Assembly: GCF_009914755.1 (NCBI RefSeq)
Contig: NC_060947.1
Length of the DNA stretch: 64,000 nt
Source: the human T2T-CHM13v2.0 reference genome, Homo sapiens
Direction: 5' to 3' (one strand)
The translations under genes were made by a program, and so were the position numbers. Positions 13,198-31,605 of this stretch are shown here, piece by piece (the stretch's first letter is position 1; the number at the start of each line of letters is the position of its first letter). Under the pieces are notes generated by a model, which ran no database searches, was not told the origin of the DNA, and saw only the letters and a list, made by a program, of their open reading frames with translations.

Positions 13198-15393
13198 CAC
13201 CCCTACATTTTGAATGAAGCCTTAGGTTCTTTCTCCTGAGGCAGGAGAGAGGCCACAGAAGAACCCAACTCAGAATGTTAAAAGGAAAGAGGGGAAGGGG
13301 TCCCAGGATGGGAACTGAAGGCAGAAGTCAGGAGGAACATAGCAAAGCTCCACTCTACCTACCTCATGATTTGGCTTTAGGCCCTTCCTGGCAGTCTAAT
13401 GGCCCTAGAAGTCCTGAGCCTTAGGAACCTGGAAGGAAATTAAACAGGCCAGCTGCCTTTGCAAGTCAGGAGTTAGGACACAGAAACACCCCTCTCTCCC
13501 CAGGAGTACCCCAGTTCCTTTCTCCCCTCCACCAGCTGTGAGTCAGGTAAATTTTTTCTTATCTACATGAGATAATATACATAAGTCAGTGCTTTCCTTC
13601 TGCTGAACTCCATCCTTCCCCTTTGGAATGTGAGTGTTTGTCTTCCATTTCCTGGCACTTCTTTTCCCCTTCATCTCAGCCAGCACCTTTAAGGAAGGCC
13701 AAAAGAGCCCTTTCTTCCCACGAGTGAGGGGCTCCCTCTGGGGCTGAGCAGCAGATGGGTAGAAAGACAGCCCTGGCTGAGAGCTCAAGCAGGTCATTTG
13801 GCTTGTGGCAGAGCCGCTCCAGCTCTTGTCCCCAGCCAGAGGGCCACCTCTCACCTACCTCTGCAAACAGCGTAGCAGGTGCTCCTAGACACGGGGCCCA
13901 CCGAGGGCCTTAAACCAATCTTGCCACAAAGAACAACTCCTGCAAAGGCCTCTGGGGCTCCTGCTGAGACCCAGGGCTCCAGGAACCTGAAACCTTAAGT
14001 GGAGCAGATGTGTTGGGGAACTTTGTAACAATGCTAAGGGAACTGACTCCAAATGGCTGGGGGAGATGTGAATGGGGCAGGTACAAGCTCTCTCTGCATT
14101 CCTAGCCTATTCTTCCTCCCAAAGCAACCAAAACCTGGTTTCCGTGGTCAGAGAGGAAAGGAAAGATATCTGAGAAATTAAATCGTACTGGAGGATTAAT
14201 GGGAACTGGCACGAGGGTGATTTGTGCTTTTAAAGATGGTCATGCTTAACACAAGAATGCTCAGGTGAAATTGCTGACATCAATGCTGGGGGCAGATAGT
14301 ACATGGTGAGAGGGAGGCCTTCTGGTACCTCTCAAATTACAGCAGGCAAGTGACTGTGTTCCTGGAAGGCCAGTCCTGGCTCTCCTCTTCAAACATCTAC
14401 GTTTCGCTTCCCATTCTCATACTTGAGCCACAGAGAAGGGCTGAAATTTCCCTCTGAGGTGCCCTTCTTGAACTCCTTCCCATGGGAACAAACAATTCTG
14501 GATCTCATTGCAAGACCACAACACTGAATACTCATTCTCTGTCCCCAGAAAACGTTCTTCTTAAACCCACAATTGGATTGCTCATTGAAAGCTATATTTT
14601 CTCTGGGAAGTGAAAGATGTTATGCCAGAGTTGCTCTCTCAAAGTTTCTGAAAACAACAAAGCATTGTTTTGTACCACCAGGACTCAGGCTTAGGACAAT
14701 TATAAAATGAATCAGCAGCATTATAAAATTGTCTCTCATATGACTTATGTTGTATCATTGTTTCCAAATCTTTTAATCGTCCAAAAAGCTATTATACCTA
14801 GGGATTACCAAGTTAATTGAAGGGAAAAAGAATCCAAGAACTCAATAAACCTCACTGTCCCTAAACTACCTGCCTACCTTTCACGATTTTTCCAGTTACG
14901 TAAAGGGTCACTGGTTTTGTGGCTTTGTTTTAATGACGGTAGTAGTGAGAGATGAGGAGGGATCCTATTGTCTCATCTTCTCCTAGCAATCCTAATGCAC
15001 TTCGAAGTGCATTGAATTCAAGAGTCAAAAAAAATCTGGTTTCAAAGCCTGCTACCTATATACCAAATATTTACACTTTAAGATGAAGGACATTATTGGG
15101 TGTTCAAGGAAAATTAAGAAAATATTTAAAGAATGCCTCCAAAGCTTGCACCTCATGCTCTGGAGAAGAAAAAATAATGAGAGGAAAATCTAAGCAACAC
15201 TAAGTGAATTGGAGATATTACAACAAGGGTCCAAACAAATTGAGGTTTCTTTGGAAAGCAGTATGTTTTAGGTTCTAGAAAAACTGAAACAAGTTGTCAA
15301 GAGAGTCCCACAGAGACTTTCCACATTTTAATTGCATTTAATTCTTACAGCAATCCTCTAATATTTGGTTAACATTTAATAGATAAGAAAACT

Positions 15394-15800
15394 CGCCAGG
15401 CATGTTGGTTCATGCTGGTAATCCCAGTGCTTTGGGAAGCTGAGGCGGGAGGGTCTCTTGAGTCCAGGAATTCTCTACAAAAAATAGAAATAATTAGCTA
15501 GGTGTGGTGGCACATGTCTGTGGTCTCAGCTACTCACGAGGCTGAGGCAGGAAGATCACTTGAGCCCAGGAGTTTAAGACTAACCTGGGCAACAGAGCGA
15601 TATCTTGTCTCTACTAAAAATTAAAAAATAAATTAGCCAGGTGTGGTGGTGCATGCCAATAGTCCCAGATACTCAGGAGGCTGAGTTTGGAGGATCACGT
15701 GAGTCTGGGAGTTTGAGGTTGCAGTGAGCCATGATGGTACCACCACATTCCAGCCTTGGTGACCCTGTCTCAAAAAAGTAATAATCATAATAATAATAAT
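15394..15800 (+). mobile_element. Trimeric/chimeric Alu (J-like)
   Basis: Three monomers separated by two A-rich linkers. Confidence 0.8.
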
Positions 15801-15845
15801 TGGGCAAAGAAAAAAGAAAGACACTCTGATTCAAAGTTGAGACAT

Positions 15846-16178
<333 letters not shown>

Positions 16179-16538
16179 TTACAACATAGAGATAACTTCA
16201 TGTTCATGCAATGGAAACATACTTTACTATTGGTTAACATAGAAATGTCACAAAAGTCAATCACATACAGAGAATGCAAATGCATTTTGTAAATATTTCT
16301 TAAATTCTACATTCTCAGACTGTAATGAATTAACATTGAAAATATATAGCAAGAATATAATTAAATAATAAACAACAATATAGAATTTTTAAGACTCTTA
16401 GGTTATTCCCAGGTCAGGAAAAAAATGCAGAGCAAAATGACAGAATAATTTTTAATGAAATATAAATACAGCATTTCATAATACATAGAATGCTGCCAAT
16501 GCAGTACTTAAAAGAAAATGTAGCACTGTAAATGCCTA

Positions 16539-16970
<432 letters not shown>

Positions 16971-17269
16971 TTAAACAAAATTGAAAAGATAAAAATAACC
17001 ATTTGGTAAAAACAAAAATAAAACCCCAATAGTTGTTTCTTTGAAAAATCAGTGGAACTAACAACCACTGGCCAAATGATTTACAAAAGATTAAAAACAC
17101 ACACAATGTAATAAATTAGATACAAGAGATTTAACAATAAGACAAATTCAAAATACTTGGGGTTATGTGCCCCTCTTCTCTCTTTCTATAGCATTCTGTA
17201 TATTGCTATTAAAACATTTATCACACTATACTTTAATTATATGTTTATTTGTCCATCTCCTTATATTAA

Positions 17270-17790
17270 TAGGCTTCTGGCAGGAAACAGATGCCATACT
17301 CCAAAAGGTTTTACAGAGGAAAATCTAATAAAGGGACTATTTGCAATAATATGCACAGGGTTAAGGGAACCAACAAGGGATGCTGCAGCACCCTGGGGCA
17401 AGCAACAGCAAGTCTCTACCACCCCTAGCCCAAAGAGGCAAGCAGCAGGAATGGTTTCGGGAAAGCATGGCAAGAATTGAAGCTGGTAGAGAGGGGCTGC
17501 CTCCCAGAAGCTATGGCAATGGGTAGAAGAATGAAGCCACTACTAAAACACAGCCTGCAAGGCAGGGAGCCAACGGAATAAATATGCCAGTCTCTTGTAC
17601 CTCCCAACTTCTCACTTCCTGTGAAACTTTCATTTCCTGCCATTCCTCCCAAATGTGGAATCCTACCTGAAGCCAGAGGGCAGAAGAGCCTTGGTGATTG
17701 AGTCCACAGAGGTCAGCCTCTTAGGGCAGAGCAGGGCAAAGAATGAGTTACAGTAGGGTTATGGGGGACACCAACAGGGACCAACCAGCA
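17270..17790 (-). mobile_element. Old ERVL-type LTR (LTR33-like) within an L2 fragment
   Basis: GGCAGGAAACAGATG...TAATAAAGGGACTATTT...CAGGGTTAAGGGAACCAACAAGGGATG. Confidence 0.55.
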
Positions 17791-17834
17791 CACTCTACAA
17801 CCTGATTATAGAGTCCGTGAGAACAGAGACTGTA

Positions 17835-18125
17835 TTGTTATCATTATTATTATTATTATTATTTTGAGATAGGGTCTCACTCTGTTGCCCAGGCTGCAGT
17901 GTGGTAGTGTCATTATGGCTCACTGCAGCAGGTGATCCTCCCATCTCAGCCTCCCAAGGGGCTGGGACCACAGGCATGTGCCACCATGCTTGGCTAAATT
18001 TTTGAATTGTAGAGATGAGGTCTTGCTATGTTGCCCAGGCTGGTCTTGAACCCTTGGCCCCAAGCAATCTTCCTGCCTCAGTCTCCCAAGGTCAGGATTA
18101 CAGATGTTAGCCACTGCACCTGGCC
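17835..18125 (-). mobile_element. Alu (J-like) with (TTA)n tail
   Basis: Alu consensus match with internal deletion. Confidence 0.9.
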
Positions 18126-18689
18126 CAGACAATGTATCTTGTTCATTTTTATGCCACCAGCCTTTAGGGGCAATGACTCAATAACTATTTATTGAATTAA
18201 TACATGATTAAATGGAGTGAGCTATTATCATTTTCACCTACATGCTAATGAAAGTAATAACTGAGTAGCTATGAATGAGGACATGCACAAATATACACAA
18301 TATCAACTATGACATGGGAAAATTAGCATGAATGGATTATTCTTAGAGAAAAGCAATAGAAAAAGGAGTATTAAAATAATATAAAATCAGGCACCTGGCT
18401 CTGATCAATTCACTAGAGAATTTTTCTAAGGAACAATCCTTCTATTAAACAATCTGTTAAAAAATATAGAAAAGGGTGTCTTACCAAACTTGTTTTATGA
18501 GACAAATATGTTTTTTAAAATATATATAAGGAAACAACAATATAAAGAAAGAAAAGTACAGGTTAGTCTTGTGAATATGAATACAGAACTTCTAAAAAAT
18601 ACTGTAGCAAAAAGAATGCAGTACTGCTGTGACCCGGTGGAAGGCTTACAAAAAAATTATAATGTTACGAACACTGTTTTTTGTATTTT

Positions 18690-18982
<293 letters not shown>

Positions 18983-19342
18983 TGAAACACTGTTAACATA
19001 AGATATCATATTAATGGACAAAATATAAAAATCCTATCCACGTATGCCTTCAACAAATATGTATTGAGAGCCTAGTATTTATCAAGTACTGTTCTAGACA
19101 CTGGGGATACAACAGTGAACAAGACAGGCAATGAGCCTGGCTCTCTTGAAGCCTCTAGTCTCATGGTGGAGATAGATAACAAGCCAGTAGCTAACTAGAA
19201 TAGTTTCACAGGGTGACAAGTGCTTTGAAGAAAATAAGACAGGATGACACGATAGAGTGACTGCAGGTGGGGGATGGGGGTCATATTAGATAACCTTACC
19301 AAAGATGTTTTGAGCTGATGCTTGATATTTCAAAAGTTGGTG

Positions 19343-19676
<334 letters not shown>

Positions 19677-20174
19677 TTAAACAAAATAAAAAGGCATGGG
19701 AAGTTTTCTTTCTTAGGAGGAACATTCTGCAAGCCTAAATTCAAGAGCCAGAGGCACCGGAGACTCTAATAAAAACGTAAGTATAACAAGGATGTCTCTT
19801 TCATCAGTCTTAATTAACTTTTTAATAAAATGAGACTGAAGAAAAAGAATAAGTTATAAATATGTGAAAGAAAAATAAAAATGTCACTCGCTCAAATGAC
19901 AGGACTCTATAAGGAAGATGTCCATGGCATCAACACAAAATTCATTAAAAATAATAAAGATGTTCAGCAAAGAAGCATAAGATTAATAACAAAAGTTAGT
20001 CACATTCCTAATAAGAGTGACACAAAGCTAGACAATATGAAAAAGGGGATTCAGAATAATGACAAAATGTTAAATACTTGGTTATTCCCTTAATTTGAGA
20101 GAATAAAGATATATTAAAATCACAGAATACTGATGGGAGAAGGAAAGGAAGGCATGAATAAATGATACTATTTA

Positions 20175-20662
<488 letters not shown>

Positions 20663-21245
20663 GGTGGGGCCTTTGGAAGTGATAAAGTCATTAGGGCTCT
20701 CTCTGCCCTCATGAATGGAACTAGTCCTTTTTTTTTTCTTTTTAGTCCCTTTCTAAAAGAGGTTGAAGGGAGCTAGCTGCCTTGCACCCTTCTGCCTCAT
20801 GAGGATATGCAGGAAGAAGGGTGAAGCACAGAGCAAGCCCTCACCAGACACCAAATCTTCTAGTAACTTCATCTTGGACTCCCCAGCCCCCAAAACTGTA
20901 AGCAATAAATTTGTATTGTTTGTAAATTACCATGCTTGAGATCAGGAGTTCAAGACCAGCCTGGACAACATAGTCAGACCCTGTCTCTACAAAAAAATTT
21001 AGAATTAGTCGAGGGGGCAGCATGCACCTGTATGGCCAGCTACTCAGAAGGCTGAGGTGGGAGGATCACTGGATCCCAGGAGGTCAAGGCTGTGGTTAGC
21101 CATGATCATACCACTGCACTCCACCCTGGGCAAGAGAGAGAGATCCTGTCCCCAAAAGAAAGCAATTTAAAAAAATAAAAAATAAATAAATAAATTACCT
21201 AATCTAAGGTATTTTGCTATAGCAGCCCAAATGGACTAAGACAAC
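20663..21245 (+). mobile_element. MaLR LTR (MLT1A-like) interrupted by a 5'-truncated Alu (about 20933-21190)
   Basis: GCCCTCACCAGACACCAAATC...AACTGTAAGCAATAAATT...ATGGACTAAGACA; TAAATTACC on both sides of the Alu. Confidence 0.8.
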
Positions 21246-21401
21246 ACATTATAAACGAAGGGAGAAAAGATTAAAATGATAAAACTTGATGTTTGTGAGG
21301 TTATGGTAAATTAGGTACAGTGACACATTGCTAGTGGAACTGTATACTAATTTGTTTTCAGAAGAAGCCGTCTACTAGTATTTGATGTGATTTTAAAATG
21401 A

Positions 21402-21533
<132 letters not shown>

Positions 21534-21642
21534 TGATGTTCTTTTGATCCATCAGTTCTGCTTTGGAGAATATACTCTATAGAAATAACATAATATATAT
21601 ATAAAATGATGGTCATATAGCATTGTTCTTCATCATTTTGTG

Positions 21643-22870
21643 GGTTTTTTAACTTTTAGGTTCAGGGGTACATGTGAAGGTTTGTTACATAGGTAAACAT
21701 GTCACAGGGGTTTTACATATTATTTCATCACCCAGATATTAAGCTCAGTACCTAATAGTGATCTTTTCTGCTCCTCTCCCTCCTCCCACCCTCCACCCTC
21801 AAGTAGACCCCAGTGTCTGTTGTTTCCTTGTGTTCATGAGTTCTCATCTTAGCTCCCACTTATAAGTGAGAACATGGAGTATTTCATTTTCTGTTCCTGT
21901 GTTAGTTTGCTAAGGATAATAGGCTCCAGCTCCATCCATGCCCCCACAATAGACATGATATCATTCTTTTTTAGGGCTGCATGGTATTCCATGGTATATA
22001 CGTACCACATTTTCTTTATCCAATCTGTCATTGATGGGCATTTAGGCTGATTCCATGTCTTTGCTATCGTGAATAGTTCTGCAATGAGCATTTGGGTGCA
22101 TCTGTCTTTATGGTAGAATCATTTATATTTCTCTGGGGATATACCCAGCAATGGGCTTACTGGGTCGAATGGTAGTTCTGCTTTTAGCTCTTTGAGGAAT
22201 CACCATAGTGCTTTCCACAATGGTTGAACTAATTTACACTCCCACCAACAGTGTATGTGTTCCCCTTTCTCTGCAACCTCACCAGCATCTGTGTTTTTTT
22301 TTAATTTTTAATAATAGCCATTCTGACTGGTGTGAGATGGTATCTCATTGTGATTTTGATTTGCATTTCTCTAATGATCAGTGACATGGAGCTTTTTTTC
22401 ATATGCTTGCTGGCCACATGTATTTCTTCTTTTGAAAAGTGTCTGTTCATGTCCTTTGCCCACTTTTTAATGGGGTTGTTTGGTTTTCTCTTGTAGATTT
22501 GTTTAAGTTCCTTCTAGATGCTAGATATTAGACCTTTGTCAGCTGCATAGTTTGCAAATATTTTCTCCCATTCTGTAGGTTGTCTGTTTACTGTGTTGAC
22601 AGCTTCTTTTGCTGTGCAGGAGCTCTTAAGTTTAATTAGATCTAACTTATTAATTTTTGCTTTTGTTGTGATCGCTTTTGGTGTCTTTGTCATGAAATCT
22701 TTGTCCATCCCTATGTCCAGGATGGTATTGCCTAGGTTGTCTTCCAGGGTTTTTATAGTTTTGGGTTTTACATTTGTCTTTAATCTATCTTGAGTTGATT
22801 TTTGTATGTGGTGTAAGGAAGGGGTCCAGCTTCAATCTTCTGCATATGGCTAGCCAGTTATCCCAGAACC
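21643..22870 (-). mobile_element. 5'-truncated primate L1 (L1PB-like), ORF2 C-terminus and 3' UTR
   Basis: Translated fragments [29 protein letters not shown] and IAKTWNQPKCPSMTDWIKKMWY are L1 ORF2. Confidence 0.93.
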
Positions 22871-23187
22871 ATTTCTTTATAAAAATCAGAAACAACCTAG
22901 GAGCTCCCTGCAAAATAGCCAAGCAAAGTATGGTACACAAGAATGGTATAGCACCACGACACACTTCATTTTGCTATTCAAAATAACAAGCAGATGGCTA
23001 TACCCACTTTAGGAAAATTCCCCAAGCTTTATTTATATGATTTGTAGTTTTCTACATATTATATATTTTATATTCCCAAAAAATTATTTTTTAAATGGCA
23101 AACATATAAACTAAGTTAATACAGCACACAGAATGTATGTGAAATGGTAGTAAGTAAAAACGTTTAACATAATATTAAACACTTGTT

Positions 23188-25250
<2,063 letters not shown>

Positions 25251-25459
25251 TGTCTACATTTATTTCTTTCAGTGCAGTTAAGTTCTAATTAAATAAATAT
25301 TGGCTATGTAATTCTTTCAGAAGGGAATGACTACTGGTGGGGATAGGGAAGAGCAGACTAGTGAGTGTGTCTTGTATATTGCATTAGAGGTTGTTTAGTC
25401 CTGGACTATGCCTGAGCCACAGACGAGAGTTTCTGCTCACAAGATGGATTCTTTATGCT

Positions 25460-27330
25460 ATCTATTCATTCAAAAAATATGCCTTGGTTCCCACTACTTA
25501 TTAAGAAAATGAAAGAAGACAGTTCTTGCCCTCAAGGAGCTGACGAAATAGGAGGGGAAGTAAGATACCTAATCTCATCATTGTAACACTAGGTACAATG
25601 ATGAAAACCATGTAAGGTGCTTAAGGAAGAGTTCAGATTATGGAGCGAACACATCTGGTTGGGGGTTTTCAGAAATGCTACTTTGGCTGAAGACATTTTA
25701 AGCTATGGGGAAAAAACAACCACCACTAAATCAAGAAGAAAACCATAGCCACTGAGTAAACAACAGTGAAAGGAATGCTGGAATGGGGGATAATTTTCCT
25801 AAATGCTCTATTTAAATTCAAACAATGCAGGGTTTCTTTTTTTTCTGAAATACACACCCTCCATTTTGATTTGTATGTCTGAATTGGTGCAGCTAGGTAT
25901 ATATCATATTCTTTGTTGATGAAAGATAGCCAATCCTTTAAAAAAACACATTTCTTCCTTATTATAACGTTAAATTTACCCTAGCACCATCTGAATTTGT
26001 GTGTAAAAGAGCTCTCCTTGAATGAGAACCAGTGAGCCTCTGGGGTTCATGTATTCACTCAACAAATAACTAATGAACTCCTACTATGTATCAGGTACTC
26101 CAAGAAGGGAAGGGTGAGAGAAATAATCATGAGTAAGAAAGGCATGCTTTCTGTCTTCAGAGAATTAACAGTCTAGGGAAAGAGACAGAGATATAAATGG
26201 ACAATTGCAATACTGTGTAATATGGGAAGTACAGGGTGTATGTGCGTGAGCATCTAGCCTGAACTTGGGGTTGATTTTGGATACTGGAGAATGTGATGTC
26301 CAAGGTGGGACCTGAAAAATGAATAGGAGTGTTTTGCTTAAAGGCAGGAGCTGGCAGGAAAAATTCCAAGCAGAAAGAAGTGTACGGACAAAAGCAAGAG
26401 GACATAAGATCTTTGTGGAACTGAAAAAGATTAGGCAACCTAGGGTGGAGAAGGGGTGGCTTGTGGGGAGGGAGAAATGAAGCTGGGGCAGAACTAGACC
26501 AAGAAGGATCCTGTAAGCCAGGATGAAGGGGAGTAACATGGTCAGCTTTCTATTTTAGATTAGTTGGCAGCTGCAAGGAGAATGCATAGGAAGGGAGCGA
26601 GACAGGAGCCTGAGAAATTTGTTCGACTACTGAACTCTAAGCAAGACAAGAACACCTTAGGGAAGCAGCAAAGGAAAGAGAGAGAAATGGGTAGATTTGT
26701 GGATTAGTTAAAAGGTAGAATCGAAAAGACAGAGTGGTTGATTGGATATGTTGAGTGAGAGAGAGGGGAGTCCAGGTTGATGCCCACCAGAGGGCCTCCA
26801 GTGAGCACTGCTCAAAGGACTAGGAGGAGCACAAAGATGTTTATGATCTAGTCCCTGTCTTCAAGGAGCTGATAATCTAAGAGACAGAGCTGCTGTCACA
26901 TACTGTATCTTCCTGTACATTAGAAAAGATGCTCCCTCCAAGGGTGGCTTGGCAGTGGATTTCAGCCCCTATTTGTCCCTCAGCCAGGCACATTTATACA
27001 GGGCACAACTAGAACTGAATTTGGTGACTCTGCTAGTAGAGGAAAAACTCAAAATGCAAAAATATAGGGTTAGAAAAGATTGATGCTGCATGTGCAGTAC
27101 ATAAAGAGCTCAGAAGGGATGGAAGGAACGTGGGGTGGATTTCCTACAGGGTGAAAATTGAACCTGGCCTTGAAGGCTGGGTAAGACCTTCATAGGTGGA
27201 TATGAGGAGAAGTGTGGGGGAGAAAATGGAACACCCTAGGTAGAAGGGATAATGTGAGCCAAACGGCAGAGGTAAGAACAATGGAAAGCAGGTGGAGGGA
27301 ATAACAGTGGTTCAGTTGGCAGCAACACGG
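25460..27330 (+). mobile_element. Cluster of L2 fragments (also near 19035-19340, 51570-52070, 56100-56480)
   Basis: L2 3' end motifs CATTCATTCAA/TTCACTCAACAAATA and CCTGYCYTCAAGGAGCT; purine-rich body. Confidence 0.6.
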
Positions 27331-27625
27331 ACTACAGAAGTGGCTCTTTCCAGCTATTTGTCCATGGCAGAAGTCCTCTTAGAACATGAGAAAAGTTGGC
27401 TGGATCACATGTGTGCACATGTACACACACACACATATGCACACATACTGAAATATCCCTGGTAATTCTCCATTTTTTCCTTCCTCTCTTGTATTCTTCC
27501 CTTCCAAAGTACTTCCCCGTAAAGTAAATGTTGTATTCAGGAAATAACAAAAGGGACACCTTGGCTGTTAGCATTTAGTGATCCCTTAGGATAGAACACT
27601 GTAAGATAAAACTACAAACACTTTG

Positions 27626-27933
<308 letters not shown>

Positions 27934-28092
27934 ACCTACAAAGACTTCGGCCATGGTCTTGACTGCTAGGCTAGGAAGCTCTGAGGGTGGCTGGTAATGG
28001 GGAGACATTGGACTCTAGTATGGAGGGAAATGCCACTCTTAACTTGGTGCTTCAGGATAGTTAATCTGCCAGTGTTGTTTAGAATGGACTGA

Positions 28093-28426
<334 letters not shown>

Positions 28427-28456
28427 TGTTTTCTTAAATTATATAAAAACCTTTGC

Positions 28457-28700
28457 AGATCGCTTGAGCCCAGGAGTTTGAGAAAAGGCTGGGCAACATG
28501 ATGAAACCCCGTCTCTACAAAAAACACAAAAATTAGCTGGGCATGCTGATGCATGCCTGTAGTCTCAGCTACTCAGGAGGCTGAGGTAGGATTGCTTGAG
28601 CCCGGAGGTCAAGGTTGCAGTGGGCCATGATCACGACACTGCACTCCAGCCTGGGTGACAAAGGGAGACCTTGTCTCAAAAACAAAATAAAAAAATTAAA
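28457..28700 (+). mobile_element. 5'-truncated Alu (J-like), followed by an ERV1/MER4-group fragment to about 28895
   Basis: Alu match from GATCGCTTGAGCCC; downstream TTCAAAATATGTCAAAGAAATATATTT is the reverse complement of the motif at 2778-2804. Confidence 0.8.
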
Positions 28701-29228
28701 AAGTGCCAGACTCTCAGTTAATTCTCTCTAGGATCAGAGGAAATACCTGGAAAGGGAAAGGGATTCTCTACAGAATGTAGATTTCCCTTGCCAAGAGGCA
28801 GCTTAGCACGGCTATTTCAAAATATGTCAAAGAAATATATTTGCTGTAAAATTCTTTGATTTCTTTCAGGGCCTGCTATCTGCCATGTGATACAGTATCT
28901 TCCTTTTTCAGTAATAAATCAATATCAGAATTAACCCTTCTGTGCCCATCTATCCACTTTCCATACGCACTTTTCAGGTAAATCAGTTTGGTATTTCGAG
29001 CACAGCTCAGTGGCTGAAAGAATTTGAAGAGTCATTTCGGAAGATAAGAGCAATGAGAGGGACTTGAAAGTGTATGTTACGGAAAACTCCAGACTTTAAT
29101 TTCACTACCACACTTCCAAATTGGTTTTTACATCATTCATCACCTCAGCAGAAGGAAAATTTAGCAATCTCAAAAGAGATCCCAACCAACTGCTTCAATC
29201 TTAGAAACAATTTGCACAAAGATTAGAC

Positions 29229-29442
29229 CACGCTTGTCCAACCCAGGCTGCATGCAGCTCAGGATGGCTTTGAATGTGGCCCAACAAAAAGTTGTAAACA
29301 TTCTTAAAATATTATAAGTTTTTTTTGTGATTTTTTATTTTAGCTCATCAGCTATTGTTAGTGTTAGTGTATTTTATGTGTGGCCCAAGACAGTTCTGTC
29401 TTCCAATGTGACCCAGGGAAGCCAAAAGATTGGAAACTCCTG
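29229..29442. mobile_element. hAT MITE MER30-like
   Basis: GGATGGCTTTGAATGTGGCCCAACA...GGGAAGCCAAAAGATTGG; 8-bp TSD GATTAGAC/GATTAGGC. Confidence 0.85.
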
Positions 29443-31089
29443 GATTAGGCAAAATAATACAAAGCAGACCATTAAATAGGCCTTATCTCTAAAAGGTGAA
29501 TAATGAATATTATTTTTTAATAGGTAAGACAATACGATAATAGTCATCTAATTAACCATCGGTCTGGAGTTTTTCTCTTTTCAGAGCTCCTATAGCTACT
29601 AAAGATAATAAGGTCTGGAACTTAAAATTTCCAGCACAGCATTGATGTTATTTAGAGTAATAACACCTTTTTAGTTTTATATCCTGCTTTTCAGTCCACA
29701 AAGCACTTTCATATACGTTTATCACATAAATGCATAACACCTTTGTGAAGATGATGATCGTTGATGATTCCCATTTTAGGTTGAGGAACTGAGGCTCAAA
29801 AATGTTACCTGACATTTCAAAGTCCACACAGCTAGCAAGCCGAACTAGTACTCGAAACCTGGTTTTCTGATTTTAAATTATCTGTTCCTGCAAACCCCCA
29901 GATACCTGTGTGTATCTCTCCCCACACCCACCCACCCATTATGTCTATAAGCTCCTGAAGGGCAGGGGCTGCATCTCATGCTTTCCGGTATTTCCACAAA
30001 TCACCAGGCATTCATTAAATTCATCCCACGAGTATTTCTTGAGCAACTACTGTGTCCCAGGCCATGTGCTGGGGGACTGGGGCTACAATGATGAACAAGT
30101 CACTGCCCTCAAGTAACTTATAACCAGAGGAAAGTGACAAGTAAACAACCTATTACTTAGTGTGGTGTCTTCTATGTGCTACAATAGTGTTTGCCATTTA
30201 TTAAGCGTTTCGTGTATGTCAGATACTGAGCTAGGTGTTATCTCAGATAATACTCAAAACAATCCTATGAGTTGGTTCTATAACTGTTACTTTTTTTGTT
30301 TTAAACAGATGAAAAGACTGAGGCATAGAAAGGTGTTGTAACTTGCCTAGGGTCAAACGGCTAGCAAATAGAAGTGCCAAGATTTGAGGCTTGGTCTGTG
30401 TGACTCTTAGCTACCATGTCATGCTAGGTCTAATAGTCGACCTTATGTATTGGATGGGAAACAAACCCTGAACAAAAATGATCCCTCTCTATTGCTTATT
30501 TCAGGCTTGAGACAGTCCCTTTAGTAAATAGAATTGTGCCTGAAGAGCTTACCCCACATCACAAGAAGGCAATAGCATTACTGAGGTTGTATTTGCGCAG
30601 CTATATCATTCCAGCAACTTAAGAAAAACAAACACATTTAATCTCTTTTCCACATTTAATCCATCAGCAGCAACCCATTATCAAAATAAAGACTTGGATT
30701 TATATTAATGTTATCATCTAAATTAAAAAGAAATACACTCAGAACCCGAGTTTGGGTCCCAGGAGACAGGCACTTCAAAAATGAAATGACTGTCACTCAT
30801 TAGTTATTTTATTTCAAATACTTGGCCCCATAAACATTAGCAAATATTTGACAGAAATGTGATTTCTGTTGTATATCACAATGAAGTCAAGACCACTGAA
30901 ACGTGTGCAAAGAAAACAATTCTCAACTTACTTTAATTACCCAGGGACTGAATGATTCTGATTTGGCTAAAACAGGATGGACCACATACGATTTTCCATA
31001 TTCAATCCATTTTTAAAGGAATCTCAAACTTTCCCGTGAAAATGACTATCTGGAACAAGTAAAAGTCACATTAAAACCAGGGAAAAAAA

Positions 31090-31605
31090 GGCTTGATGTC
31101 TCTTTTTAAATTTTTCACTTATTCCACAGTAAAAGATAAAATAATGTTAAAGAACATTTTTTTAAAAAAAGAAAAACTCTTACCCCTGATTTCACAACCT
31201 GAACACAACTCCTTTTTTTGTATTTCCATTTTAGGCCTACCCATATGTAACCATGTTCTCCATAACCGCATTCATAGTGAATACACAATGTGGTATTTTG
31301 TTTTTATCACTTGACATCATACCATAAGTGTTTTTGTTGTTGCTACAGTCTTCTCCATTATTATTTTAAAATTTTTCATTGGTCACATCAATATTCCATA
31401 GATGAGAGGGACCATAATTTATTGAACCATTCCCCTGTTGTTAAACGTATAAGTTGTTTCCAATTGTTCAGAATTATAAATAATAGAGAAATGAACAGTT
31501 CATTCAGGCAGGGTTCTTTTCCCCATACTTTTGGATATTTCCTTGCAATAAATTCCCAGAAGTGGAGTTACTGGGTAAAAGTATGTGAAAATTGTTTAAG
31601 GCCGT
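31090..31605 (-). mobile_element. Old L1M 3' fragment
   Basis: AATATTCCATAGATGAG...CCATAATTTATTGAACCATTCCCCTGTTG...TTCCCAGAAGTGGAGTTACTGGGT. Confidence 0.65.

Noticed and set aside
21849-22708. L1 ORF2 peptides as functional CDS
   Set aside because: Short frameshifted pieces of a 5'-truncated L1.
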